Positions 1 through 8,993 of a stretch of DNA of 64,000 bases are shown piece by piece. The stretch lies in the sequence record NC_061440.1; one strand, 5' to 3'. The notes under the pieces were generated by a model, which was not told where the DNA came from, searched no databases, and saw only the letters and a list, made by a program, of their open reading frames with translations. Every line of letters begins with the position of its first letter. Within the stretch, counting starts at the first letter, position 1. The position numbers and the translations under genes are program-made.

Positions 1-147
1 TATGGCGGTCGTAAGCAGTTCGCGGTCTTCCGCGTTCAATCCAGCTCATAATCGTTCTCCTCTGTGTGGCTTAAATTAGTGTACAAAATTTAGGACCTTG
101 CCCCTAGTAAATACTTATTTAGAGTACGTTAAAACACGGAGCCTTTT

Positions 148-696
148 ATGCGTATTCTTTCAGGCGACCCGGGCAAGGTTAACTTCGCGTTGTCTGTTCA
201 GGAGTTTAAGGACAAGCGCATTACAGTGCTCGGCACGCGGATGTTTAAGAAACCCATCCAGAATCTGCACCACGACATGCGACAGCCCACCAAGGAGTTT
301 TTGGCAGAGCTAGAACTGATGTGGAAGCTATACGGACCATTCGATGCTATGTGCTTCGAGCGCTTTCAGTCGCGTGGTCTAGGTGGTAACACGATTGAGG
401 CTATCAGTCTCATGCTTGGTGTTATCTCGTTCTTCGCACTCAAAAAGAAATGCCCACTCGATTTGATTACGGCTAGCCAGTGGAAGAACGCATTCAACCG
501 CACAATGGACCTCAAAGGTTATTACGCACACTATAACCTGACGTCTAAAAAGAGTCGCAAAGCGATTCACGAATTTGATGCCAGTCTTATAGGCGTCTAC
601 ACCTTCTATCGTCACTCAGGAATCAAACCGTTCGCTGGCTTCAATCGCGTTGTCGATGTGTACGTACCACGATTCCTGGGCGCACCTGTGTTGTGA
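148..696 (+). CDS. RuvC-like Holliday junction resolvase
   Basis: N-terminal ILSGDPG (RNase H-fold catalytic Asp), central CFERFQ Glu, C-terminal HEFDASLIG; 182 aa. Confidence 0.8.
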   Translation: MRILSGDPGKVNFALSVQEFKDKRITVLGTRMFKKPIQNLHHDMRQPTKEFLAELELMWKLYGPFDAMCFERFQSRGLGGNTIEAISLMLGVISFFALKKKCPLDLITASQWKNAFNRTMDLKGYYAHYNLTSKKSRKAIHEFDASLIGVYTFYRHSGIKPFAGFNRVVDVYVPRFLGAPVL

Positions 697-702
697 GGAC
701 AT

Positions 703-1068
703 ATGGAACAAATTGAACTGTTACGCGTAGTGAAAGAGATCCTCAGCGAATACGGCAAAGTTGAGTTTCTGGCGCAAGGTCATGTTGGTGTGAACACCGA
801 GCACCGTGCGACCTATGAAACGTTAATCACTGTGACTTCTGATAGCGACACAACTTTCCCCGAAGCAGATTTCCGCGCTAAGATTGCGGCGCAGATTGAC
901 GAGTATCGTGTGGTTGGATTCAAGCGCACCTACAACGAGCAGACCAGAGAGTTTGTGCTGCAACTGACCGACCCAATATTCACCTACCGTGACCCATTGG
1001 TGTGTCCAGCAAACGGCAAAACTCTGTACTCGGTTTCCGTAGGTTTCCCGTTCGTGTCCACCAATTAA
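703..1068 (+). CDS. hypothetical protein (121 aa)
   Basis: ORF with GAGG RBS at 695-698; no recognisable motif. Confidence 0.75.
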   Translation: MEQIELLRVVKEILSEYGKVEFLAQGHVGVNTEHRATYETLITVTSDSDTTFPEADFRAKIAAQIDEYRVVGFKRTYNEQTREFVLQLTDPIFTYRDPLVCPANGKTLYSVSVGFPFVSTN

Positions 1069-1069
1069 T

Positions 1070-1078
1070 CTGTAAATA
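1070..1078 (+). promoter_or_regulatory. CTGTAAATA candidate phage (late/middle) promoter
   Basis: Motif recurs in intergenic or gene-end positions, mostly 39-48 nt upstream of starts; resembles T4 late TATAAATA. Confidence 0.5.
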
Positions 1079-1114
1079 TCCTTACTTGGTTAACGCGCGT
1101 GTGGGATATTGAAA

Positions 1115-1798
1115 ATGGCGAAGTTGAAGAAAGAACGATCGGTCAAAGTCAGTGCTAAAAAGACTGTTGCCGTAAAAACAAAGAAAGCAAAAGCTAAGGC
1201 TATTCCTGTTCGTGTCGTTCAGGACACACGGCCTATTATCAATTGCCCTGAGATGGAAGAGAAGCCTCAACCATTTCGTTTTCGTGGTCAGTGCCCGATA
1301 GTGACCTGTCAGTATTGCACACGCGAAACTCCGACAGGCTGCATGGCGCTTGACCGTAAAGAATCGGCCGACCGTTCAATCTCTAACAAGGAGATCGCTT
1401 ATTATAAACGTGGCCTCTTTCCTGAACTTAAAGACATGGATCAGAAGCAACTGGACAGTACGATTCGACGCGCACAAAATCGTACCCGCAATGCTATCTG
1501 CCTTACTATGTTTATTGCCGGGATTGATGATTCTGATTGCGATAGGTCTTTTCAATATGTAGAAGGCCGCAGTCGTCTGGTCGATCAGGTACATAACTAT
1601 CTGGTCCAAACGTTCAATGATTACCGTCCGTGGATGCTCGCATACCTCGACGACGAAAAACGATTCGGCGACATGGTGGGTAAAATAACCAATTCCGACT
1701 TTAATTTAAAAGACGCATTGCGTTTGACTCCTCGCAAGTATCAAATGTTCTGCCAGTCGCTACAAAATCTTAAACAATCTGGAGACTCTCATGAGTAA
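1115..1798 (+). CDS. hypothetical protein, Lys-rich N-terminus and Cys cluster
   Basis: ORF 1109..1798 with ATG at 1115; GQCPIVTCQYC...GC possible metal site. Confidence 0.75.
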   Translation: MAKLKKERSVKVSAKKTVAVKTKKAKAKAIPVRVVQDTRPIINCPEMEEKPQPFRFRGQCPIVTCQYCTRETPTGCMALDRKESADRSISNKEIAYYKRGLFPELKDMDQKQLDSTIRRAQNRTRNAICLTMFIAGIDDSDCDRSFQYVEGRSRLVDQVHNYLVQTFNDYRPWMLAYLDDEKRFGDMVGKITNSDFNLKDALRLTPRKYQMFCQSLQNLKQSGDSHE

Positions 1799-3563
1799 CT
1801 TTATCTCCCTCGATCAGTATCGCGCGATCATTCGTCGCAACGTTCTGAAAGAGCCTCAGATGCTGGTGGTCAATCAGACGCAGCCACTGGGTCAAATCTT
1901 TTTCCAATGCCCAGGCGATAACTTCCAGATGAAGGATATCATTGTCCCGCCATCTCGTAACGCTATCGACCTGACGCAGCAAGCACCGCTGGAAAATCTG
2001 CTGGCCTGTAGCCAACTGAAAGCGCTGCTGCAAACGCAACGTCTGGTGTTGTTGAACCCAGAAGAAATGCCAAACCCAGGTGACGGCATTCAGATGCCTC
2101 AGCTTTCTGTTCCGCCAGTTGCTGGTGCCGTGTCGGTTGACGGCGTAACTATTCCTAACGCTACTGTGATTGTCGAGCAAAACGGTAACGTCTGGACTGG
2201 TACTTCTAACGGCAGCGGTGTGTTCACTGTTGACGTATCTGGCCTGCAGGAAGGTGTGTTCTCAATCACCATTACTGCTGATGGTTTCGTGCCTGCTCGT
2301 TACAACTTCAATGCTGGTGCGCAACCTCTGCAACCAATGCCTGCGCCTACCGTACACGCTGTCTTTAAAGAGACAACTGTATCGGGAACCACTGTTGCGA
2401 ATGCTAATATCATCGTATCGGTGCAGAGCAAAGAGTTTACTGGTCAGGCTGATGGTCAGGGTGCGTTTAGCATTAACGTTGACCCACTGCCGTTTGACAT
2501 TATTCACCTGACGATCACTGCTGCTGATTATCTGGATAACGTTGTCAATCACATGGTTGACTCTGTTCCTGGTCTGGCTCAGATTAACAGCGCACCGTTC
2601 CTGTCTACTGCGCTGGCAGGTAAGGCAAGTCCAGAAGCTGAAATCGAAATCATCATCACTGGCCAGTCCAATCAGTTCGTTACTGCTGCTGCAAACGGCG
2701 ATTGGACTGCTGTTGTTGGTGCTGTTAAAGGTGAAGTCTCTATTCGTGTGCTGGAAAAAGACGGCTACGACGAAGCGACTGCTACCATGCAGCCTACCAA
2801 ACTGCCTGCTCCTGTACTGGCTGTCGATAACGCTGATAGCATCGGTGAGAATCAGACAGCATTCGGCGGCGCAATCACTGGCCTGAGCGCAGAAGCGAAT
2901 GACGTAGCGGTAACGCTGACTGTGCAAGCAGGTCTGTACGAAGGTACTGTTGACCTGCAATCAAGTCACTGGTCTGTGACTGGTGTTGATGCGAAAGCGG
3001 GTGTGGGTTCTGTAGGTGTTGTGAATCTGACGTCGGCCTTCTATGAAGATGCCTCAACGTCGTTCAACATTCTGGAAGAGTTCGCGCAGCCTACTCTGCA
3101 ACAAGCGCAAGATGGTCAGACTGCGGTAGTTGGTGATACTGTGGCTAGCGCTACAGTTAAGATCACAATGAACGGCGAAACCAAAACTGCGTCTTCAAAC
3201 CCGCAGGGTGCGTTCTCTGTTGATGGATTTACTAACGTTGTGCCTGGTCAGATTCGTATCGAACTGTCACGCAACGGTTACCTGCCTGCGGTCTTCAATG
3301 TCGCTCTGGCAGTACAGGCTCTCGGCCAGCTTGATGCAGATCTGGCTGTCGGTGAAGACACAGTTGCTGGACAAGCGACTCCTGGTTCTACTGTCACCTT
3401 GACGCAGGGTAGCGTTGTTGGTGATGCTGTGGCTGACGCGTCAACGGGTGACTTCATCATCACTCTGTCTGGACCGCTGGTAGAAGGTACACCAGTAGAG
3501 TTGAAAGTACAACACGCGGGCTATGTTGATTACGTTGAAACGTTAACTGTTTCTGCACCTTAA
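1791..3563 (+). CDS. Ig-like/beta-sandwich repeat protein, probable virion decoration or fibre protein
   Basis: 590 aa with about 6 repeats of the type T.V.G.....A.V.+......T..A...G.F.+; Ala/Val/Gly/Thr rich. Confidence 0.7.
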   Translation: MSNFISLDQYRAIIRRNVLKEPQMLVVNQTQPLGQIFFQCPGDNFQMKDIIVPPSRNAIDLTQQAPLENLLACSQLKALLQTQRLVLLNPEEMPNPGDGIQMPQLSVPPVAGAVSVDGVTIPNATVIVEQNGNVWTGTSNGSGVFTVDVSGLQEGVFSITITADGFVPARYNFNAGAQPLQPMPAPTVHAVFKETTVSGTTVANANIIVSVQSKEFTGQADGQGAFSINVDPLPFDIIHLTITAADYLDNVVNHMVDSVPGLAQINSAPFLSTALAGKASPEAEIEIIITGQSNQFVTAAANGDWTAVVGAVKGEVSIRVLEKDGYDEATATMQPTKLPAPVLAVDNADSIGENQTAFGGAITGLSAEANDVAVTLTVQAGLYEGTVDLQSSHWSVTGVDAKAGVGSVGVVNLTSAFYEDASTSFNILEEFAQPTLQQAQDGQTAVVGDTVASATVKITMNGETKTASSNPQGAFSVDGFTNVVPGQIRIELSRNGYLPAVFNVALAVQALGQLDADLAVGEDTVAGQATPGSTVTLTQGSVVGDAVADASTGDFIITLSGPLVEGTPVELKVQHAGYVDYVETLTVSAP

Positions 3564-3572
3564 TCTTACCTG

Positions 3573-3589
3573 AGGGGCTTCGGCCCCTT
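3573..3589 (+). terminator. hairpin with UUCG loop
   Basis: AGGGGC-TTCG-GCCCCT just after the stop; short U tract. Confidence 0.5.
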
Positions 3590-3615
3590 AATGAAATGCA
3601 ATTCGGAGATTTACC

Positions 3616-4269
3616 ATGTCAGATAAAGCAAGCACCAAAGTACAACCTATTACGCTCACCACTTACAACGAGCGTTACGGCCAGAACCCTGTCGCACCTA
3701 TGTACGTTGCTAACCGTACCGATCCTCGCGGCAACGTAATGTTCAGCGCACAGGACGACATGGGACAGCCTGTTCCAGTCCTCGTACCTGCTACCTTCAT
3801 CCCGATCGACCTGACTCAGCAAGCTACCAAAGAGAGCCTGTTGAAATCTACGCACCTGCGCCGCGCACTGCAACGTAACCAGCTGGTCATCATCGACACT
3901 GAAAGCGCTGAAAACTATCTGCGCACCAGTTCTCTGGCTAAAGCGGAAATGCGTAACCTGAACAAAATGGGTAGCGCAATCGCTGCTGACCTGGGCGAAG
4001 AAGGTGGCGAGCTGGCTGCTATCGATCTGGGCGGCGCGGCTAAGCGTAACGTGCAGTTTGAAGGCGGTACCCAGTATTCTGAAAACCAGTTTGTTAACGC
4101 ATTCATCGTTCGTGCTGCCGAAGACAGCGAAGAATCTGACGACAACCTGCAACGTGAATTCCTGTCTCGCGGTATCAACCTGCCGGTTTCTGAGCTGAAC
4201 ATTCTGCGTGAGCACATCACTCGCCCAGCAATCGTTGAGCTGATCATGCAGGCTCTGGAAGACGCGTAA
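3616..4269 (+). CDS. hypothetical protein sharing its N-terminal domain with the 1791..3563 protein
   Basis: GGAG RBS; IDLTQQA-containing domain shared with upstream gene. Confidence 0.8.
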   Translation: MSDKASTKVQPITLTTYNERYGQNPVAPMYVANRTDPRGNVMFSAQDDMGQPVPVLVPATFIPIDLTQQATKESLLKSTHLRRALQRNQLVIIDTESAENYLRTSSLAKAEMRNLNKMGSAIAADLGEEGGELAAIDLGGAAKRNVQFEGGTQYSENQFVNAFIVRAAEDSEESDDNLQREFLSRGINLPVSELNILREHITRPAIVELIMQALEDA

Positions 4270-4285
4270 TTTTAGTGCTACAGAC

Positions 4286-4323
4286 AAAAAAATGGGAGGC
4301 CCCGAAAGGAGTCTCCCATTTTT
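4286..4323. terminator. bidirectional intrinsic terminator
   Basis: A7-TGGGAG...CTCCCA-T5 between convergent genes. Confidence 0.8.
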
Positions 4324-4324
4324 G

Positions 4325-4504
4325 TTACTGCTGCTTTTCCGCTTGCTGTCTTAAACGATCAAGGAATGCCGAACTTTCACCTGGCTTAATGTGTCGCGGT
4401 TCAACTTTGATGCGATTGATCATACGCTGCATACGACGAATGCTTCGGCTACGCAGGTCTTCAATCGAGTGCTGCTTAAACTGCTTTCTGAATTTCAGAG
4501 CCAT
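4325..4504 (-). CDS. small basic protein (59 aa, MALKFRKQFK...)
   Basis: Read by hand; ATG at 4504 with AGGAAAG RBS right after the primase stop; below the ORF-track cutoff. Confidence 0.6.
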   Translation of the reverse strand: MALKFRKQFKQHSIEDLRSRSIRRMQRMINRIKVEPRHIKPGESSAFLDRLRQQAEKQQ

Positions 4505-4505
4505 C

Positions 4506-5564
4506 TTACTTTCCTTTCTGTGTTATCGCTTTAGGTCTATTCCAGCCTAACGCTTTTGCTGGCATGATACACTTCTTACCGTGTATGTCTTTCAGCGTCA
4601 TGCGAACTTCTTTGATCAAGTTCATCGGTGCATTGTCTGGATCGAGCTTAATCAGCTTACCGTCTTCATCATACTCACGCGGTAGCTTGAAATGTTTGAC
4701 AGGCACTGGCGAGTTCTTTTCAAACTCCGCCTTTATTTTATTGCGCAGTAGCTTCCCACCACCATCGTTATCCGTCATCGTGTAGACAACACTCACGCCT
4801 AACATCTCAAGCGTTCTGCGTTTCGTTTCCCCAAACTGTTCGGCGCCGAGTACGGCCAACGCAGGAATCCCATACGACAACAACGCCAGAGCATCACGTG
4901 GACCTTCGACGAGAACAACATAGCGCAACTTGTATTTCTTTAAACACTCTTTGACTAACGGCAGAGGGAACAGGCCTTTCTCTTTCGCCCAATCACCATT
5001 CGAGTTCACATAGCTTGTGCCGTTCATCTGTTTGCGCAGATACGCAGCGATACCACCTATGTATTTCGAACCATGCTTACACGGGAAGAAGCAGACGTTA
5101 CTGCCTGTACGTTGCGCGTTAAGCAGACCACCAGCAGCCTGAACGAGCGCTCCTGGATATCCACGCCATTCAACATCGAGAGGCCATTCCATGTAGCTGT
5201 TACGTCCGAGTGCTTTCATCAATAAACCGACAGAAGCATACGTGCCAATCTTATTGCCTATCTGCTCATACGTTTTGAACAACGCACTTAGGCTGTTTGT
5301 GTTCGCGTCTTTCAGCGCCCAGCCTTTGATCTCTTGCAGCTTCGCGTGTGCTGCTAACTTGTTCCAGCCACCCTTCTCACCGCAACCGAAGCAGTGAAAG
5401 AATCCTAAAGGAATCTCCATCCCAACAGAAGTGTAAATACCACAACTAGGCGTCTTATCACTATGAAACGGACAGCACACCATAACAGTGTCACCGTTAT
5501 ATTTCTTGTCGCCTGGCAATTTGCCAATCTCGTCAAGTATTATCTGATGAACGTCTTCTGCCAT
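4506..5564 (-). CDS. dnaG: DNA primase (CHC2 zinc finger + Toprim)
   Basis: CCPFHSDKTPSC...FHCFGCG zinc finger; VEGPRDALAL and MTDNDGGG Toprim motifs. Confidence 0.9.
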   Translation of the reverse strand: MAEDVHQIILDEIGKLPGDKKYNGDTVMVCCPFHSDKTPSCGIYTSVGMEIPLGFFHCFGCGEKGGWNKLAAHAKLQEIKGWALKDANTNSLSALFKTYEQIGNKIGTYASVGLLMKALGRNSYMEWPLDVEWRGYPGALVQAAGGLLNAQRTGSNVCFFPCKHGSKYIGGIAAYLRKQMNGTSYVNSNGDWAKEKGLFPLPLVKECLKKYKLRYVVLVEGPRDALALLSYGIPALAVLGAEQFGETKRRTLEMLGVSVVYTMTDNDGGGKLLRNKIKAEFEKNSPVPVKHFKLPREYDEDGKLIKLDPDNAPMNLIKEVRMTLKDIHGKKCIMPAKALGWNRPKAITQKGK

Positions 5565-5603
5565 ACCATCCTCTATTCGTATCGTAATTTCAGCATATAC
5601 GCA

Positions 5604-5612
5604 TATTTACAG
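5604..5612 (-). promoter_or_regulatory. CTGTAAATA candidate promoter for primase
   Basis: TATTTACAG on + strand; the motif flips strand together with the only minus-strand operon. Confidence 0.55.
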
Positions 5613-5628
5613 ATTAAGGACAGCCAGA

Positions 5629-5964
5629 ATGGGTAATCCACATCGCTATGTGCATACGGCACAGCGCCGCTTCTATGGCAAACACTGGGTTAGCTTTTGT
5701 GATCTGATTCGTGTTGAACCGCAAAAGTACGGCGCATTCAATAGTCAGGATGATATGATCGGGCTGACGCTGCCGAAAGATTTTGATGTGGCTGAGGCAA
5801 CAAAGAGCCTACGCCAGATTTATGTGACGACTGACGAGAACGTAGAAGTACGCTGCTACCTGTTTGGTACTCGCTACTATAAGTTCGTATTCTTCGAGCA
5901 AACAATTGCCGTGAGCGAGGACTCTGATGAGAACGTTAGCAAATATACCCGCCCGAGTGAATGA
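5629..5964 (+). CDS. hypothetical protein (111 aa)
   Basis: AAGGA RBS; divergent from primase. Confidence 0.7.
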   Translation: MGNPHRYVHTAQRRFYGKHWVSFCDLIRVEPQKYGAFNSQDDMIGLTLPKDFDVAEATKSLRQIYVTTDENVEVRCYLFGTRYYKFVFFEQTIAVSEDSDENVSKYTRPSE

Positions 5965-7012
5965 TACTCGCGGCCTGTCTCGCATCGGAAAAATGATTGA
6001 TGCGGCTCTTGACGTAAAGAACCAAGAGAAGCGTTGGCCGAAGAAGCGCGTCAGTCCGTCTATGTTTCCTATCTGCCCGATTCAAGAAACAGCGAAACTG
6101 ATTTACCAGAAGCACAATAACTGCATGACCGGAGAGTCTGGTACGTTGCTGAACATCTTTGCGAAAGCAGGGACAGGGATGCACGAATCATTGCAGAATG
6201 CTCTGGGGCACAGTGGCCAGATGGTTGGTCACTGGAAATGTACGAATGAAAAATGCGTCGAGTACCCGAAAACCAAAGGCAAGACAGTCGATGGTGAGTA
6301 CGTCAAAGGCAAATACACGCGAACTCGAAGCACGAACAATCGTTGTCCGTCGTGCGATCAGCCTATGGCTTATGCAGAACTCAAAGTCCTGTACAAGTCA
6401 CTCAAGGGTTACGTCGATGGACTGATTGATAATCTGGACGGCACGTACAGCCTGATAGATTTGAAATCTACTATGGTGACCAAAGCTGCTGACGGAACCT
6501 TCTTCGTTAAGTATCACCGCTTCCAGATTGCGACCTACGCATACCTGCTGAAAAAGCGTTACGGCTATAACATCGTGGACTATACCCTCGTTTACGTGCC
6601 ACGCGACAACCCGAAGAAGTTTGTCGAGAAGACCTTTGTGTTTGACGAGGCAGAGTCGAAACGCGCCAAAGACTTTATGATGGAACAAATACGCGCATGG
6701 GATGCTGCGGTAAAATCGGCTCGCACTGGCGACCTGCTGCCTGCTATTAAACGGAAGCCGTGCAAAAGCGCCGAGTATTATTGGGACGAGTTCCATGGAT
6801 ATGATACATGCCCTTTTGTTGACTATTGCTTTATTCAATCACACATGATTGACTTCATGAAGAAGTTAGAGCAGCGAATCATGGCCAACCCCGATCTTAC
6901 TTATATGGAAATCGTAAGCACAGGTCGGAAAACTCAACAACAAGGTCTGCTGCCGGACAAGAAGCCGAAGTCTCAACGTCCGAAGCATATCGTAAAAACA
7001 TTTGAGCTATGA
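5927..7012 (+). CDS. PD-(D/E)XK Cas4/AddB-like exonuclease (start uncertain: 5927, 5957 or 5993)
   Basis: SPSMFPICP; GTGMHE; GYVDGLI...LIDLKST; QIATYA; C-terminal PC..x..CPFVDYC. Confidence 0.8.
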   Translation: MRTLANIPARVNDTRGLSRIGKMIDAALDVKNQEKRWPKKRVSPSMFPICPIQETAKLIYQKHNNCMTGESGTLLNIFAKAGTGMHESLQNALGHSGQMVGHWKCTNEKCVEYPKTKGKTVDGEYVKGKYTRTRSTNNRCPSCDQPMAYAELKVLYKSLKGYVDGLIDNLDGTYSLIDLKSTMVTKAADGTFFVKYHRFQIATYAYLLKKRYGYNIVDYTLVYVPRDNPKKFVEKTFVFDEAESKRAKDFMMEQIRAWDAAVKSARTGDLLPAIKRKPCKSAEYYWDEFHGYDTCPFVDYCFIQSHMIDFMKKLEQRIMANPDLTYMEIVSTGRKTQQQGLLPDKKPKSQRPKHIVKTFEL

Positions 7013-7419
7013 GCATACAAAAAGATTATGAACGTTCAATGCGCCGACTTAAGGAGTCTGTCTATCGCAAAGAAAAACTCGGTTACGTTGCGCCGAGATG
7101 CGTTGATGTTGTTCTCTCAAAAGTGAGACCGCCTGAACAGGTAGCGTCGAGGAAGTATCTGGTCATGCTGATGTTATTCAGTCAGACCTGCGAACAACTC
7201 GGTGCTACCTTGACGATGCGTGAACAACTCGTGGTCAAGATGGCTATCCTTAGTCGGAAGCACCCAACGCCAGACATTCAGCGCAAAATTCGCAGACTGG
7301 ATGAACTGGTAATAAGTCAGGACAAAAACATTGAGGGTCAGCTTTTGTTGCTTGAGTATCGAGCGCAGATTCTGATTGATATCCTCGACGGTAAAGAACC
7401 CAACTCCAGATATACTTGA
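7009..7419 (+). CDS. hypothetical protein (136 aa)
   Basis: ATGA overlap with previous stop. Confidence 0.7.
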   Translation: MSIQKDYERSMRRLKESVYRKEKLGYVAPRCVDVVLSKVRPPEQVASRKYLVMLMLFSQTCEQLGATLTMREQLVVKMAILSRKHPTPDIQRKIRRLDELVISQDKNIEGQLLLLEYRAQILIDILDGKEPNSRYT

Positions 7420-7426
7420 GGTACTC

Positions 7427-7906
7427 ATGGAAATTTATGTAAGCCTGAGTCAGGATAGCACGGACAAGAACCGTAGCAAAGTCACAAGCCCAGAATCCAC
7501 CACTGGTCGTGTTGACGTGTCCGAATATGCTTCGCTTGAAAAGAAGCTGCGCCTGACAGAAGAGGCGAAAGACAAAGAGAAGTTAGCTCAAAAGGCTGGT
7601 GGCGGTGATTCTGTAAAGGGTAAGAAAGGCGCTAAAAAAGATAGCGCAAAGCCCAAGGATGACGACACTGATACGGACGAAGACCCTACATTAGATGATG
7701 AAGGTGACGCAGATGATTCAGATGACGCTTCCGATACAGATGGAGACGACTCCGATGGAGACTCTAAAGGTAAGAAGTCACGAAAGAAATCTGACGACTC
7801 TGGAGCAGAGGACGATGCGGACGCAGAAGACCCTGACGCAGACGAATCCGAAGGTGATGACGGGGATGCAGATGCTGAAAGCACTGATGACGAGGACCTC
7901 GAATAG
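7427..7906 (+). CDS. Asp/Lys-rich low-complexity protein
   Basis: GAGGT RBS before ATG 7427; C-terminal two-thirds D/E/K/S-rich. Confidence 0.7.
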   Translation: MEIYVSLSQDSTDKNRSKVTSPESTTGRVDVSEYASLEKKLRLTEEAKDKEKLAQKAGGGDSVKGKKGAKKDSAKPKDDDTDTDEDPTLDDEGDADDSDDASDTDGDDSDGDSKGKKSRKKSDDSGAEDDADAEDPDADESEGDDGDADAESTDDEDLE

Positions 7907-7940
7907 CGATCCCGTCGATGTGCCGAAGACGCATGATGCA

Positions 7941-8402
7941 ATGATCGAAGTGCTGATTGCTATTCGGTACATGTGCACCAAGCGCATGATCTTTCCTGTC
8001 GTGGTTGCTAACATTGAACGGCGTAATGATTATCTGGTGATGAACAAACTCACCTTTAGCATGAAGCCTGGTAAATTCCTGACTGCTATTCAGGATAGCA
8101 ACTGTCCTGTAAACGTGTGCTGGCTTATGCGAGCCTTCACACGCACAGCGCTGCATTTCGGTCTGATGCCTGTGATTGCAGACAGAAGTGGTGACTTTCA
8201 ACCTTTAGTTAGTCGCTACTTCACGCAGGACGATCCAGATTTTGCTTACCGTCGTCATTACGACATTCGTTACATGAGCCAGCTCACTGATATTCGTAAG
8301 CCGCGCCTGTATCTGCTTAATGGAGTTAATTATGGCGTACAAGTCACTCGCCAAGAAACCGAAGAAGTCGAAAGCCGCCAAAGAGGCAGAGACTCGGAAT
8401 AA
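7941..8402 (+). CDS. hypothetical protein (start uncertain)
   Basis: 3' part of ORF 7695..8402 that does not overlap the acidic gene. Confidence 0.6.
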   Translation: MIEVLIAIRYMCTKRMIFPVVVANIERRNDYLVMNKLTFSMKPGKFLTAIQDSNCPVNVCWLMRAFTRTALHFGLMPVIADRSGDFQPLVSRYFTQDDPDFAYRRHYDIRYMSQLTDIRKPRLYLLNGVNYGVQVTRQETEEVESRQRGRDSE

Positions 8403-8988
8403 GGCACACAAGCAAGCGCGTCGTGGTAAACTTGCTCAGGCAGTGAAAACAATCAGCACTGCCCTCAAGAAATCTCGACGCATGACGAAAGGTGAGAAAC
8501 GTGCAATTCAGTTGCAGCCGTTCAAACCTCAAGTCGTACCGCAGCCGCCTAAAACTCCGCTCATGGAGAAAGGTCTTTCGTTGAACGCGCTGATTAAGTC
8601 TACGCCGCGTCTGATGAAAGAGAACGCTATGGAATGTTATGTCAATGGCGTGAAGCGCGGCAAGACGAACAAAGGCCTGCCGATGATTATGGCAAACGTT
8701 CGTCACAAAGATCCACTGCGTCCTAATAAAACAGTGCGCATTCACAAGCCGATGATTATCGGTCTGGATGATCCGTACAAGCCTATTTCAAAACAAAAGC
8801 GTGTGCTGGTCAGTTGTCCCTGCGAGAACTTCGTGTTCATGTGGGAGTATGCGAACACCGAACATGGTTGTGCGCGAATTATTTACGGTAACGGCGAGCC
8901 ACCAGACTTCACTAACCCTGGTCATGCACCTGGTCTGTGTAAGCACCTGATGGCCTTAGCTGATCAAGTCAAACGAAACGGAGATTAA
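8332..8988 (+). CDS. SWIM-type zinc finger protein
   Basis: SCPCENF...GLCKHL (CxC-xn-CxH); basic N-terminus; GGAG RBS. Confidence 0.75.
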   Translation: MAYKSLAKKPKKSKAAKEAETRNKAHKQARRGKLAQAVKTISTALKKSRRMTKGEKRAIQLQPFKPQVVPQPPKTPLMEKGLSLNALIKSTPRLMKENAMECYVNGVKRGKTNKGLPMIMANVRHKDPLRPNKTVRIHKPMIIGLDDPYKPISKQKRVLVSCPCENFVFMWEYANTEHGCARIIYGNGEPPDFTNPGHAPGLCKHLMALADQVKRNGD

Positions 8989-8993
8989 TCCGA

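Noticed and set aside
5927-7012. Cas4 as part of a CRISPR-Cas locus
   Set aside because: No repeat-spacer array, cas1 or cas2 in the window; context is recombination genes
7695-7940. N-terminal extension of ORF 7695..8402
   Set aside because: Overlaps the acidic gene in another frame and reads as shadow sequence (M/T/Q-rich); true start probably 7920-7941
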